Shown here one piece after another: positions 37,549 through 50,045 of a stretch of DNA of 64,000 bases. The first letter of the stretch is position 1. Each line of letters opens with the position of its first letter. The notes under the pieces were generated by a model, which saw nothing but the letters and a program-made list of their open reading frames with translations, did no database searches and was not told the origin of the DNA. This DNA comes from Rhina ancylostomus (taxonomy: Eukaryota), in the NCBI GenBank assembly GCA_030265395.1, contig JARFYF010000104.1:88693330-88757329 (forward strand), written 5' to 3'. The translations under genes and the position numbers were made by a program.

Positions 37549-37731
37549 AGTGTAACGCTTTACAGCACCAGTGACCTGGGTTCAATTCCGGCCACTGTCT
37601 GTAAAGAGTTTGTACATTCTCCCCGTGTCTGCGTGGTTTCCTCCAGTTGCTCCGGTTTCCCCCCACATTCCAAAGACGTACGGGTTAGGAAGTTGCGGGC
37701 ACGCTATGTTGGTGCTGGAAGCATGGCGATA
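37549..37731 (+). mobile_element. Young V-SINE, 3' end lost in gap
   Basis: B-box gggttcaattccgg plus V-domain. Confidence 0.9.
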
Positions 37732-37954
37732 NNNNNNNNNNNNNNNNNNNNNNNNNNNNNNNNNNNNNNNNNNNNNNNNNNNNNNNNNNNNNNNNNNNNN
37801 NNNNNNNNNNNNNNNNNNNNNNNNNNNNNNNAGTTAAAGTATCACCGAAAATGGTAAATTTATTTTCAGAACGAAAGTACTTTCATTATTAATTAATTTG
37901 GAATACAAGGATAGAAATAACAATGGTAACCATGAAATTGTGGTTGACAGTGTG

Positions 37955-38270
37955 CGTGGCATAGTGGTGCTGCAGGTAGTGCAGCTGCCTCACAGCCCCA
38001 GTGACTCAGATTCAGTCCTGACCTCGAGAGCGGAGTCTGCCCGTTCTCCCATGACCACTTAGCTTTCCACCAGGCACACTGCTTCCTCCCGGTCCCAAGG
38101 ACTCACAGGTCAGTAGGTTCATCAGCAACTGTAAATTGCGTTTGTGGTGGGAAGGGGTGGTGGCAGGACAAGCAGAGAGACAGAAGAGGGTACAGGTAAA
38201 TAAGTCAGGGAATGGGATTACTCTGAAATCCGTTAATGGACTCCATTGACATAATTCACTTCTGTGTTGT
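37955..38270 (+). mobile_element. Older V-SINE (HE1-like)
   Basis: ggcatagtggtgctgcaggtagtgcagctgcctcacagcccc head, degenerate V-domain, 3' part differs from the young family. Confidence 0.6.
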
Positions 38271-38481
38271 AAGCAAATACGTGAAATATGAGAAACCAAA
38301 GGATTGTCATAAAAATCCATCAAGATCATGAATGTCCTTTAGGAAATCTACCCCTTAAGTAGTTTATATGTGACTCCAGGTTCCGCTGTGTAGCTGATTC
38401 TTCACTATTCTATGAAATGGTCTAGTAAACAATTCAGTTCAAGGGCATCAGTAATGCCCTGCACACATCTTATGAATGAAT

Positions 38482-38720
38482 GAGGCTGAGAGTCCAGTGC
38501 AGTTCTGAGGGGCTGGCATTGTTTAGACTGAGAAAAGCAAAGCCCCCATCTTTCAAAAGGGTCTTGCAGGAGAAGAGGAGGAGAGTTAGTCCTGTTCACT
38601 CAGTATCCCTTGATCAACATTACTGAAAGGGACCTTATTATTGCATAGCTGTTTCTAGGAGCTTGCTGGGCACATTTTACCAACACTGCATCAGTGGCTG
38701 CACTGAAAAGAATACTCAAT
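38482..38720 (+). mobile_element. Ancient Deu-domain SINE relic
   Basis: ggctgagagtccagtgcagttctgagggg...gctgtttctaggagcttgctgggcaca. Confidence 0.5.
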
Positions 38721-39092
38721 TGTCTCTCAAGTACTTTAGGACATCCTGAGTTTGTTTCCCAGCAGGTATCTGGGAAGGAGAGGGCAGCCACCCAGTTGAC
38801 TACCAAGGTATTTCCGACTTCATTACCATGCCTGTGTCAGCATTCACACCTCCATGTCCTTGCCTCCAGGCATGAATATAAAATCAACCCAGAAACACTT
38901 CCTCGAATGAAAGTCATTATCAATGGTAAAGCAACAAGAACCAGTGAATGACGGAGAGGCAGGGTATTATTCCTCTGTGGAGCCTGGAAGTAATACTGCT
39001 TTTGGTTGATTATTCGATCACAAGGGCACAGATCTCTAAAGAGTGATGGGCAGACAAGTGTGTGGTTTTGCAGGTGGGTTCATAGAGGAATA

Positions 39093-39755
39093 AAGCAGAG
39101 AAACAGGCCCTTCAACCCAGCTTGTCCATGCTGACCAAGATGCCCTTCTAAGCTAGTCCCATTTGCCCACATTTGGCCCATATCCCTCTAAACATTTCCT
39201 ATCCATGTACCTGTCCAAATGTCTTTTAAATGTTGTTTTGTACCTGCCTCAACCACTTCCTCTGGCAGCTTGTTCCATATACCCACCCCTCTGGCCCCCT
39301 TTAGATCTTTCTCCTCTCACCTTAAACCTATGCCCTCTAGTTTTTGACTCCCTTTCCCTGGGAAAAAGACTGTATATGTTCACCTTATCTATGCCCCTCA
39401 TGATTTTATTACAAAGATCACCCCTCAGTCTCCTATGCTCCAAGGAATGAAGTCCAAGCTTGCCCAACCTATCCCTGTAAGTTAGGCCCTTGAGTGACAT
39501 CCTTGTAAACCTTTGTTACATTCTTTCCAACTTAATGACATTTTACCTAAAACAGGATAACCAAAACTGTACACAATAATCAAGGTGTGGCCTCACCAGC
39601 ATCTTGTACAACTGCAACAGAGCGTCCCAACTCCTGTACTGAATGCCCTGACTGATGAAGGCCAGTATGCCAAATGCCTTCTTCACACCCCTGTCTACCT
39701 GTGATGGCACTTTCAGGAAACAATGTGCTTGTACTCTTCTGTCCCTCTGTTCTAT
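39093..39755 (-). mobile_element. CR1 LINE 3' ~660 bp
   Basis: KKAFGILAFISQGIQYRSWDALLQLYKMLVRPHLDYCVQFW and DRLGKLGLHSLEHRRLRGDL...TRGHRFKVRG, plus CR1 3' UTR. Confidence 0.92.
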
Positions 39756-40249
39756 AGTGGGCAAGATAGTGGAAATTCATTTGATTGAGAGTCCATTATG
39801 TTGATCAATATCGCATTCCAATAAGTTTTTTTTTGTAGAAAGCAAGTACTACTGGAGAATAGAGGTATTGCAGAGGGAGAATAAGTTGCAGGGCTGCTGG
39901 GAAAAAGGGAGGGGCAATGGCACCATGGGATTGCTCTTCTGGGAACAAACATGGACCTGACGGGCTGAATAGCCTCCTCCTGAGTGGCAGTAGATAAGTA
40001 AGTGAGCTGAGGTAGTTTCTGAAACCAGAAGTTGCCAAGGAATGGTATCAAGGACTTCTGGAGTACAAGCTAACATTCCATCAAAAACAACTTGTGTTTC
40101 ATCCTGAACACTACTTATTCCAAGAATTATCTGAGACAATTCTGCATGCAAGCACCTTAAAGAGTGTGCCCTAATCTAATGGATTAAAAGGAGTGGACAT
40201 AAATATTCTTGCCATTCCAAGGAGTGCAGTGAGCTTTGTTCCTTTTGAC

Positions 40250-40748
40250 TTGTGTACTGAATATGGGCATCGTTGTCAAAGCTGGCATTTATTTCTTAAC
40301 CATAATTATCCTTGTGCAGGTTATTTCTGTAGTGCTTTTGGGTCAGGAATTTGACACTTAGACCCAGTAGCAATGAAGCAACGGTGATTTGTGACTTGGA
40401 GTTAAAACTGCAGGTAAAGGTGTTCTCTTGAACCGTGGTATCCTAGTGCTTCAATGCAGTTGAGTTTGTACTTATGGGAGTTCCTGGAATTGTCCTAGTG
40501 AGTAACTGCAGTGCATTTCAACAATGGTGTACACCATAAAAATCGTGCGCCAGTGCTGAAAGGAGTAGTTGATGAGATGTTTGACAAACGGACAATGAGT
40601 GTTGTTGGAGCTGAACTTACTTAGAGAAGTGATGAGTATTCCATCAAGCTCCTATCTTGTGCTTTGTAGATTGTAGAAAGGTTGTTGGGATTCAGAAAGT
40701 GAGTTACTTGCCACAGGATACCTCATCTCTGACCAACCTGCTCATAGA
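40250..40748 (-). mobile_element. Old CR1/L2-group LINE 3' region
   Basis: atgggcatcgttgtcaaagctggcatttatt...; same family as 11.5 and 28.4 kb. Confidence 0.6.
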
Positions 40749-40848
40749 NNNNNNNNNNNNNNNNNNNNNNNNNNNNNNNNNNNNNNNNNNNNNNNNNNNN
40801 NNNNNNNNNNNNNNNNNNNNNNNNNNNNNNNNNNNNNNNNNNNNNNNN

Positions 40849-41466
40849 TGCCTTCTGTGGGCCAGCCAGTTCTGGATCCACACTGCAATGTCCCCTTGGA
40901 TCCCATGTCTCCTCACCTTCTCCATAAGTCTTGCATGGGGTACCTTATCCAACGCCTTACTGAAATCCATATCCATCCATCTACTGCTCTCCCTTCATCA
41001 ATTTGCTTAGTCACATTCTCAAAAAATTCAATCAGGTTCGTAAGACAGGACCTGCCCTTGACAAAGCCATGATGACTATTCCTAATCATATTATACCTCT
41101 CCAAATGTTCATAAATCTTGCCTCTCAGGATCTTCTCCATCAGTTTAACAACCACTGAGGTAAGACTCACTGGTCTATAATTCCCTGGGCTGTCCCTACT
41201 CCCCTTCTTGAATAAGGGAACAACATCCGCAACCTTCCAATCCTCCGGAACCTCTCCCATCTCCATCGATGACACAAAGATCATTGTCAGAGGCTCCGCA
41301 ATCTCCTCCCTCGCCTCCCACAGCAACCTGGGGTACATCTCATCCGGTCCCGGTGACTTATCTAACTTGATGTTTTCCAAAAGTTTCAGCACCATCTCTC
41401 TTCTAATCTCTATGTGCTCACGCTTTTTAAGCAGCTGCAAGTCCCTACTACAATCCCCCAGGTCTT
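40849..41466 (-). mobile_element. Relatively young CR1 reverse transcriptase fragment (frameshifted)
   Basis: KSPGPDEMYPRLL...DWKVADVVPLFKKG...NYRPVSLTSVV...HGFVKGRSCLTNLIEFFE, then an apparent 1-nt deletion near 40975, then MDFSKALDKVPH...WIQNWL. Confidence 0.95.
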
Positions 41467-42994
41467 TGTTAAAAAAAATTGTGTGGCCAGCCCAGTTGAC
41501 AGATAGTCAACTGTAATACTCTTACTCTGCAGGATATTGTTTCTGAGTGAGGGCATTGTCACTCTACTTGTTAAAATCTCTTACTAGGAAGCAACGGAGG
41601 TAATCCTGTGGCTCTTTCCGACAGACTCTACTCACAGGAGAATTGCCTCAGGCACTAACCACGTAGTTTTTTCTTACGGTACTCAAAAAAAAGTAGTAAG
41701 TGAGGAGTTACAGCAAGTGTGCTGGGTGCCCCAAAGGGAGTTACGATGCTCATTAGTTATTGATAGGGCCATTGAATAGTCTGGCAACATTTTGCATAAA
41801 ATTATTTTGGTTTCACTGCAAAGAATACAGAATCCATTTCTGCTCACGTGTGCAACGTTTACTAGTTTTATAATGGCCGAAGAAATATAAAGAACGTGGG
41901 AGAAATTAATGACAGCAAGTTACTGTGGCAGAGTGTGGAAAAGACTAGCATTTTGTGAAATGACTTTATATGATGTGTCAACACTTGGTTATTGAAAGCA
42001 GTGGTGATAAGTTCTCTTCTTTCTCTAGCTGTTTGCTGCTGGCTCCCCTGTTCTGCATCATTTCCCTTCTGTGTATTTTCCAATTTATAAGAAATGAATG
42101 CTGTGTAGATAGTGATCTTGCTCCCTCCCCCACTCACATTATCATTCACTAAACCTTCTAGAAGCAAGAAGTTATTTCCTCACAGCAATATTATGTAGTG
42201 TGCAGCAAATTAGAATCATCTGGAGATTCTGACTGCACTGAAATGCAGGGCTCCACTAAAGTTACCCAGCACCTAAAGCAAGACTTCAGCATGACTGCAG
42301 TCTGTTTTATCATACTTCTTGTACTCCCATGGGCTTAATTATATCTGTTGTCCTCTTCCTCAGCAGAAAGCTTACTGGAGATTTAATCCTTGACAGCAAG
42401 GATAGAGCTGACTGTTAACAACAATCCTTGTGCAATGTACATTGTGAGACTAAATGAAAAGACTGCAAAAAATGTGTGAAGGGATAGGTTATATGGGATT
42501 CACCTGCATTCCCTCCCTACTAGTGCAGGCAGTATGACATCTTTATATTCTCTGCATCAATGCTCTTGTCCTTTCTCCAATCATGTTTGAATCATTGAAA
42601 GAAGCACATTTGTTCCCCATTTCCTCACCATTGGTCTTATTTAATTCCCCTTTGACTTCTTTATCTATTTAAGACAAAAACAATTCTAAATCTGGCCCAT
42701 TTCACTGGCTTATTCAAGACAAACTGTTCTCAAGGAGTGTGTAAAAAAAAGCCACACGAGGCAGAATTTTGAGGTGACCCAGCCAGCAGCACTTTGGAAA
42801 TGGCATGAAGAAACTTACTGGGAGATTGAGTTACTGAAGATTTTTTCATGTATTCAGTTATGGGATATGGATGTCACTAGCAATGGCTACAGTTGTTGTC
42901 CATCCCTATGTGCCCTTGAACTAATGAGGCAGTCAAGAGTCAACCACATTGGTGGATCTGGGATCACGTATAGGACAGATTGGGTAAAATCATG

Positions 42995-43266
42995 GAGTCA
43001 TAGAATCATACAGCATGGAAACAGGCCCTTCAGCCCAACTCATCCATGCCAGCCAAGATACCCATCTAAGCTAGTCCCACTTGCCCGCATTCGACCCATA
43101 TCCCTCTAAACCTTTCCTACTCATGTACCTGTCCAAATATCTTTTAAATGTTGTTATTGTACCTGCCTCAACCATTTCCTCTGACAGCTCATTCCATATA
43201 CGTACGATCCTCTGTGTGAAACAGTTGCCCCTCAGATTCCTATTAAATCTTTCCCATCTCACCTTG
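42995..43266 (-). mobile_element. CR1 3' end
   Basis: RNLRGNCFTQRIVRIWNELSEEMVEAGTITTFKRYLDRYM plus 3' UTR. Confidence 0.92.
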
Positions 43267-43349
43267 GGGTAAAGATGGTATATTTCTGTCCCTGAGGAAT
43301 ACAGGCAGATGAATTGTTTTTAGTACAAATGATCCAGTACTCTGGTCAC

Positions 43350-43616
43350 TAAGATAAGATCTCTTTATTAGTCACATGTACAATGAAATGCATCTTTTGC
43401 GTAAAGTGTTCTGAGTGCAGCCTGCAAGTGTCACCATGCTTCCTGCGCCAACATAGCATGCCCATAACTTCCTCACCCATACACCTTTGGAATGTGGGAG
43501 GAAACTGGAGCACCTGGAGGAAACCCACACAGACGTGGTGAGAATGTACAAACTCCTTAATTGAACCCGGATTGCTGGCGCTGTAAAGCGTTACGCTAAC
43601 CGCTACACTACTGTGC
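43350..43616 (-). mobile_element. Young V-SINE with small internal deletions
   Basis: taagataagat tail, V-domain and head. Confidence 0.9.
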
Positions 43617-44020
43617 TAGTTCAGTAACTTAACTAATACTGTGTGGTGTGCAACAATACGTCATTAATAGCTAATACTGCAGGTAATTCAGCAAAGGGAA
43701 ACTATCATCAAAGATCATTCTCCCAAGCCTCAAACAATTTTCAAATCAATTTTTCGATATCAAGGTCTTTTCAAAATCTTTGAGTTCAATTCTGCCTCTT
43801 TATTTTCCACACAAACTACATTTTTGACATTTAGACCAACACCAGACCAAGAATCGTAGCACATAATTATAGACATACCACATCAACAGCCATTTTGGAC
43901 ATTGGCCCACCACTGTAAAGCAGACAACAACGAAAGTATCAGCATCAGAGTATCAGGCTCTGGGCTTGGTGTGGTGGACAGAGATAGACAAGGAAGAACT
44001 GGGGCTTGGGGTAAGGGTTA

Positions 44021-44228
44021 GGAGTCAGCCAACAAAATATCAGGGCCTGGAAATGGGGGTCAGCCAAGAAAGGACTGGGACCTGGAATGAGGAGTAAGGG
44101 TCAGCCAACAGCAAGGTGGGAAGTTGTTCTGATGAGGTAGGGGTCATCCAACAGATGACTGGAGATTGAGGCATTGAAAGCCAGCTAACAGAAGATTGGG
44201 GGCTGGGAAGGGCATTGGGGTGAGCCAA
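44021..44228 (+). repeat. Degenerate G-rich minisatellite, about 35-43 bp period, core GGGGTCAGCCAA
   Basis: Core variants at about 44021, 44056, 44097, 44140, 44178 and 44217. Confidence 0.6.
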
Positions 44229-45267
44229 GACAGGTTTAGGCCAGGGGTGGGATGAGAGGGTAATGGGGATAAGCTATTGCAGGGCCAGGGTCCAGGCTGA
44301 GCTGAAGGACTGGACTCATTCTGAAACATGGGAGAGTTGGGTAATTGGATCTAGCAGGCCTCATGGTTGGATGATCAAGGCCAAAGGGTTGGGATCTTAG
44401 GGGAAATGGGATGTTGGGGGAGGGTAGGCCTCGTGGCTGGGGTTGGAGAGTTTGGTCATTGGGACATTGGGAAGACAGAGCCTAGGTTGATCCAGGGATT
44501 TGGGATGAGATCAGTAGGTGGGAAATCAGTTGCACATAGGGAAGATCCGAAGGTTAGAAGGATAGTATAGGATTTACCTTAGTAGGATCCATTGATGATC
44601 GCTCCCAGAAGGACATGGTCTAATTTTCCCCACAATGCCCCAAAAGGAATATTCCATTAACTGATATCACTTGATGGCCATCTGACTCATTAGACATGTT
44701 GGAGATGCAACCATGACTGACAATAAAAATTAAAAATACTCATAAGGACATGAGGCATCTATGGAGAGAGAAAAGAGGTCAATACTTCAGGTCAATGAAC
44801 TTTCATTCAATGAAGTGCTGATCGAATTTCCAGAATATTATGAAACACAGAAATACTCATAATCACTATTCATTCCATTCATGGTAGAATCACTGAGGGA
44901 TAAATAAACACTACATGAATGGATTTTTTCAAATTGAATCATCATTAGACAAGGTCAAGTTCTATAAAAAATGATCTAAACAATTTTGAAAAGAGAAAAA
45001 AGAATCAGACTCCTACAGCACCAACTCTTTTGACATCTCAGGACTGATTCCCTGGTACTTTGTTCACCAGTCTTATCCAAAAATGAGATAATAAAGGAGT
45101 TGTAACACATGTGTACTCTACAACAAAAGTAGCAGACAATAATCAGACATAAGTGATCCCAGTATCAACAGCTCACCAGACCTCCTAAACCTAGTCATAA
45201 ATGGTGGAGAATTAAACAACTAACAAGAGGGAGAGGGTTCAAGAACAGTCACTGTTTCACTATTTCT

Positions 45268-45584
45268 GTCTCCTCCCCGCTCACATCGGGCAGAAGATAC
45301 AAAAGCCTGAAAGCACGTACCACCAGGCTCAAGGACAGTTTCTATTCCACTGTTACAAGACTATTGAACAGTCCCCTAGTACGATAAGAGGCACTCTTGA
45401 CCTCACAATCTACCTCGTTATGACCAGCTACTCCCTCTGTAGCTGTGACACTTTATTCTGCATTCTGTATTGTTTTACCTTATACTACCTCAATGCACTG
45501 TGTAATGAATGGATCTGTACTGACTGTATGCAAGACAAGTTTTTCACTGTACCTTGGTACAAGTGATAATAATAAACCAATACC
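45268..45584 (+). mobile_element. Rex1/Babar-like LINE 3' end nested in an older LINE relic
   Basis: PLTSGRRYKSLKARTTRLKDSFYSTVTRLLNSPLVR*, then UTR ending ttttcactgtaccttggtacaagtgataataataaaccaatacca. Confidence 0.85.
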
Positions 45585-46149
45585 ACTTTCTCAACAATGG
45601 GCCCAGCACGTTCAGGCTAAAGACTAAGCTGAAATATTCAGAACCATATTCAGCCAGTATCCACCTGGCTTCCTCCTGAGAATCCCACTGTGATAGAAAC
45701 CTGTCTGCCCAATTTGATTCTTACCATGTGATATCAAAAAACAGCAGGAACCACTGGATACAGCAAAGGCTGTGGGAACCAATAGCATTAAAAAACTGAT
45801 GCTATTCAAACTGAATCAAATTTAAGCCTAAGTTATTAGGCTTATTTAAACATCTCAATTTATTGAACACAGGGCTAACTTTCAGGATGAACTAGTTGCA
45901 ATCAATTATTATATCTTTTGGTCAAAATATTTTTGATTTTGCCAACCCATTTTCTATGCTGATTGGATCATTACATTTCTTGGGTATTTTAACCAGTCCA
46001 ATTTAGGAAAATTCACCACGGATATATATGTCCCCGTTTTGTGCTGCAGCTAATAATAACTTAACAGCACATTTCTGACTTAGCCATCAGTTCCTATACA
46101 ATAGCATTGTTCATACATCTGATAGACGTCAACAGTAGTGACATGGAAA

Positions 46150-46365
46150 CACACGAGACTGCAGATGCTGGAATCTGGAGCAAAAAACAGACTGCTGGAG
46201 GAACTCAACAGGTCGAGCAGTATCTCTTTGGGAGCAAAGGGATGGTCGATGTTTCAGGTCGAGATCCTGCATGAGTCCTGATGCAGGGTCTCGAGCTGAA
46301 ATGTCGACCATCCCTCTGCCTCCATAGATGTTGCCTGACCCCCTGAGTTCCTCCAGCAGTTTTTG
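46150..46365. mobile_element. Penelope-derived inverted-repeat (palindromic) element
   Basis: Arms 46191-46272 and 46281-46360 are imperfect reverse complements of each other. Confidence 0.8.
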
Positions 46366-46567
46366 CATAGGAAGAATCAAGCCTGGAAGTAGCAAATGAA
46401 GGGGAATGATTACTTGTGGAAGAACTGAGGCTGAGGCAGAAGCAAATGCATTGCCCAGGTCGGATTATGGGGTTTGAGGATCGACGTGCTGTTAGAGTGC
46501 TGAGATTTCACATCTGGTTCAACCAATGTTGCTTATTAACAAAATTTTTAAAAATTGGTCAAACAGG

Positions 46568-46687
46568 AGAGGAAAGGTTTAGAGGGATATGGGCTAAACA
46601 CGGGCAAATGGGACCAGCTTAGATGGGCATCCCAGTCGGCAAGGTCGTTGGGCTGAAGGGCCTGTTTCCGTGCTGTATGACTCTATA
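46568..46687 (+). mobile_element. CR1 3' terminal fragment
   Basis: ggtttagagggatatggg...gggcctgtttccgtgctgtatgactctat. Confidence 0.9.
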
Positions 46688-46831
46688 GCTTCCGACTCTA
46701 ACCTGCAACCTGACTGGGGAGGATGTGGAATTGTCGATAATGATCGGGATGAAAATCGTGGCTTTGGGATTACCACAATATGAAACCAAAGCTATGTTTA
46801 AACAAAGAAATTTATGAAGGTAGACTGGAAT

Positions 46832-46942
46832 TAGAATCACAATCAGAATCAGATTCATTAGCATAGGTATCGGTTTATTATTGTCACTTGTACCGAGGTA
46901 CAGTGAAAAACTTGTCTTACATACCGATCGTACAGGTCAATT
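46832..46942 (-). mobile_element. Rex1/Babar-like 3' tail, truncated by gap
   Basis: ggtttattattgtcacttgtaccgaggtacagtgaaaaacttgtctt is the reverse complement of the 45.5-kb tail. Confidence 0.75.
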
Positions 46943-47042
46943 NNNNNNNNNNNNNNNNNNNNNNNNNNNNNNNNNNNNNNNNNNNNNNNNNNNNNNNNNN
47001 NNNNNNNNNNNNNNNNNNNNNNNNNNNNNNNNNNNNNNNNNN

Positions 47043-47526
47043 CCTGCAGCAGGGCCGTGAGTGGAGAGGGAAGGTAGCCCGTATAAGGAGGAGAGGAGAG
47101 GGGAAAGACAAGAGCTGATGGGTGTTAGGTTGACCAAGGAGGTGTGAAGGCAGAGGTAGTGCCTGGAGGGTGATAAGTGGGGACACAAAAGCTACCAGTG
47201 CTGGAATATGATAAATAAGGAAGATGATAATGGAAACCATGAAGGGGAGATAAAAGGCAGATGGAACCAAATGGGTCAGGAGATCCAAGTGTGTGGGTAG
47301 TAGGTGGATGGAATGAGGTGAGGAGGAGGAGGAAAATTGGTGATGAGGGCTGTTGGGGGGGGGTGGGTGGGGGAAACGAAACAAAAGTGGGAGGAACGGA
47401 GGTGGATTGGAAGGAGAGAGAGAGAGAGACAGTGAGGCGAACACAGGAGATAAGGGTTACCTGGAATTGAAAAATTCTGTGTTCATACCTATGAGTTGTA
47501 GACTACCCAGGTGGAATATGAGGTGG
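47043..47526 (-). mobile_element. Penelope-like element 3' part (GIY-YIG C-terminus plus pyrimidine-rich UTR)
   Basis: Minus strand 47526-47457 encodes HLIFHLGSLQLIGMNTEFFNSR*, like Penelope endonuclease C-termini. Confidence 0.7.
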
Positions 47527-48277
47527 ATAAGAGTAATGATATGTTAGAAGTTCCTTCTGTCAGTTCAAGTACTGTGACTTTGTCAGATCCTCCGTTACAT
47601 GAAGGGCATTTCACCTGAATTACTTCTATCTGCTGCATTGAGTCATTTTCAATTATGCAAATTATTCTTGAAGATATTATGCACAATAATGAAATAGACA
47701 TGAGTACATCAGCAGTACTATTAAACAAACAGCATAATGTTTCAACTTGAAATAGTGCTCAAAGAAGGGAAGTAATAATAAATTTGGAAAACTGTTCCTG
47801 ATTTAAATCTGCAATAAGTTTATGCAAAAAAACCCGAATCTTTATTTTTTTTATAGTTTGCACATATTTGTTGTTTCAGGTATTGCAGGTTTGTAGAAAT
47901 TACACCAAGTTATTACACCAAAGACAAGTTTAGAACATAGAACAGTACAGCACAGGTACAGGTCCTGCAGCCCACAAATTCTGCGCCAACAGAAGTTTGT
48001 TACCTTTGTGTTGTACCACATGTATAGCTCATAATCTTTTAAAGTTGGCTTTTATTTAACACTGGTGGATGTCCTGCCAGGATTAAACCTTTTGCCGAGG
48101 GACAGTAGAATTTGTAGGAGGTAGGGTGGGGGTGGCTGGTGGTGGTGGAAAATAGTGTATGCAGTTAAAACACATTATGTTTTACAATAGGAATAAGTGT
48201 ATTTGTCATTCAAAATAAGAGAAGTGCATTTCATGAGAATTTTTTGTATATTTGAATGCTGGTGACCGTGAATTTTA

Positions 48278-48570
48278 GGGCAGGCATGGTAGTATAGTGG
48301 TTAGCATAACACTATTACAGCGCCAGCGATCCGGGTTCAATTCCAGATGCTGTCTGTAAGGAGCTTGTACGTTCTCACCGTATCTGCGTGGGTTTCCTCT
48401 GGGTACTCCGGTTTCCTCCCACATTCCAAAGGCGTACGGGTTTGGAAGTTGTGGGCATGCTATGTTGGCAACAGAAGCATGGCTGCCCTAGAACACTCTA
48501 CGCTAAAAAAAGATGCATTTCCCTGTGTGCTTCGATGTACCTGTGACTAATAAAGATATCTTAATCTTAA
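48278..48570 (+). mobile_element. Young V-SINE, near full length
   Basis: gggcaggcatggtagtatagtggttagc...gggttcaattcc...V-domain...gtgactaataaagatatcttaatctta. Confidence 0.92.
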
Positions 48571-48751
48571 TTTCACAGATTTGCTCTTCTCTTTAATTGT
48601 TTGAATCATCATTCTTCAATGTGTGCTTAATTCCACTACCCCCCCCCACCCAACAATTTATAAAGTTGGCTGTTCCTAAGTGAAGTTTGCAATTTGACAA
48701 CAAAATAAAGCTGATTGTCCTTCATTTTCATTAGTTTAGTTGCAATCCCAG

Positions 48752-50045
48752 CGTATTGACCAATCTGACTGAATTTTTTGTCGAGGTAACCAAGTGTATC
48801 AATGAGGGCAGGTCAGTAGATGTGGGTTACATGAATTTCAGTTACCTCATGATAAGATCCCACATGGGAGACTGATCCAAAAGGACAGGGCCAATAGGAT
48901 CCAGAGCAATTTGGCAAACTAGATCCAAAATTTGCTTGGCAATAGGACACAGGGTGATGGTAGAGGGTCATTTAGTGATCGGATGCCTGTTACTAGAGGT
49001 GTTCCTCAGGGATCGCTGCTGGGACCCTTGCTGTTTGTAATCTATGTGAGTGATTTGGATGTGGATGTAGGAGGCATGATCAGTAATTTTGCAGATGACA
49101 CAGAGATTGGCAGAGTTGCAGGCAGTGTGGAGGGTAGACTTGGGTTACAAGTGATATCGATGTGTCGGTGAAATGGGCTGAGAAATGGCAGGTGGAGTTC
49201 AATCCAGATAAATGTGAGGTGATGCATTTTGGGAACATTAATGAGCATTAATGATAGGGTTTAATAGAACACTGATGAACAAAGGGACTTTGGAGTACAA
49301 GCTGCCCCCAGATCACTCTAGGCAAAGATGCATTTCACTGTGTGTTTCGATGTACATGTGACTAATTAATAAATAATCTTATCTGATGTTATATCTTACA
49401 TAGATCTTCAAAAGTGGTGGCACAAGTAGATGACATGGCTCGAAAGGCATAAGGGATACTGCCCTTCATTAGTCGAGACACTAAATATAAAAGCAGGGAG
49501 GTTATGGTCCAACTTTATAATACTTTGGTTAAGACTCAACTGGAGTGCCACATGCACCTCTGGGCAGCATGTGATAGGAAGGATGTCATAGCTCCAGAGA
49601 AGGTGCTGGGGAGATTCACCAGGATGTTCCTGGGATGGAGCATTTTACTTATAAGGAGAGACTGTATCCCTGGATCAGAGGAGGTTAAGAGGGGACATGA
49701 TTGAGGCATATAGTGAGGACTGCAGGTAGGTTAGACTGCAGGAAGTCTTCCCCCCTCATCAGAGATAGACAATACAAGAGGACATATGTTTATGATACAG
49801 GAGAAGAGATCAGAGGAGATATGAGGGGGGCCTTTTTCACCCAGAGAGTGATGAGCATGTAGAGTGCTCTGGCTGAGAAAGTGGTTGAAGCAGGGTCACT
49901 GATAGCATTTAAGGAGTCTCTAGCTGAGCACTTGAATTGCTCAGGCATAGAACGATATTGCTCAAGGGCGATGGGATTAGTGTGATAGATGCCCACTGGT
50001 CAGCATGGATCTGACAGGCAGAATGGCCTACTTCCATGCTGTATA
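48752..50045 (+). mobile_element. CR1 RT plus 3' end, degraded
   Basis: [24 protein letters not shown]...[11 protein letters not shown] (RT catalytic motif); MVQLYNTLVKTQLECHMHLW; CR1 terminus. Confidence 0.92.
49301..49390 (+). mobile_element. 5'-truncated young V-SINE tail nested in CR1
   Basis: gctgcccccaga...catttcactgtgtgtttcgatgtacatgtgactaat. Confidence 0.85.

Noticed and set aside
40008-40036. TGAGGTAGT (let-7-like start) with hairpin ggtagtttctg-aaac-cagaagttgcc
   Set aside because: The 11-bp G-U-rich stem is too short for a pre-miRNA and the rest of the mature sequence does not match.
40913-41440. 175-aa ORF as a host gene or novel RT system
   Set aside because: Ordinary frameshifted CR1 ORF2 fragment.
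44021-44228. CRISPR-like repeat-spacer array
   Set aside because: Eukaryotic context, only 12-bp degenerate cores, related spacers and no cas genes.
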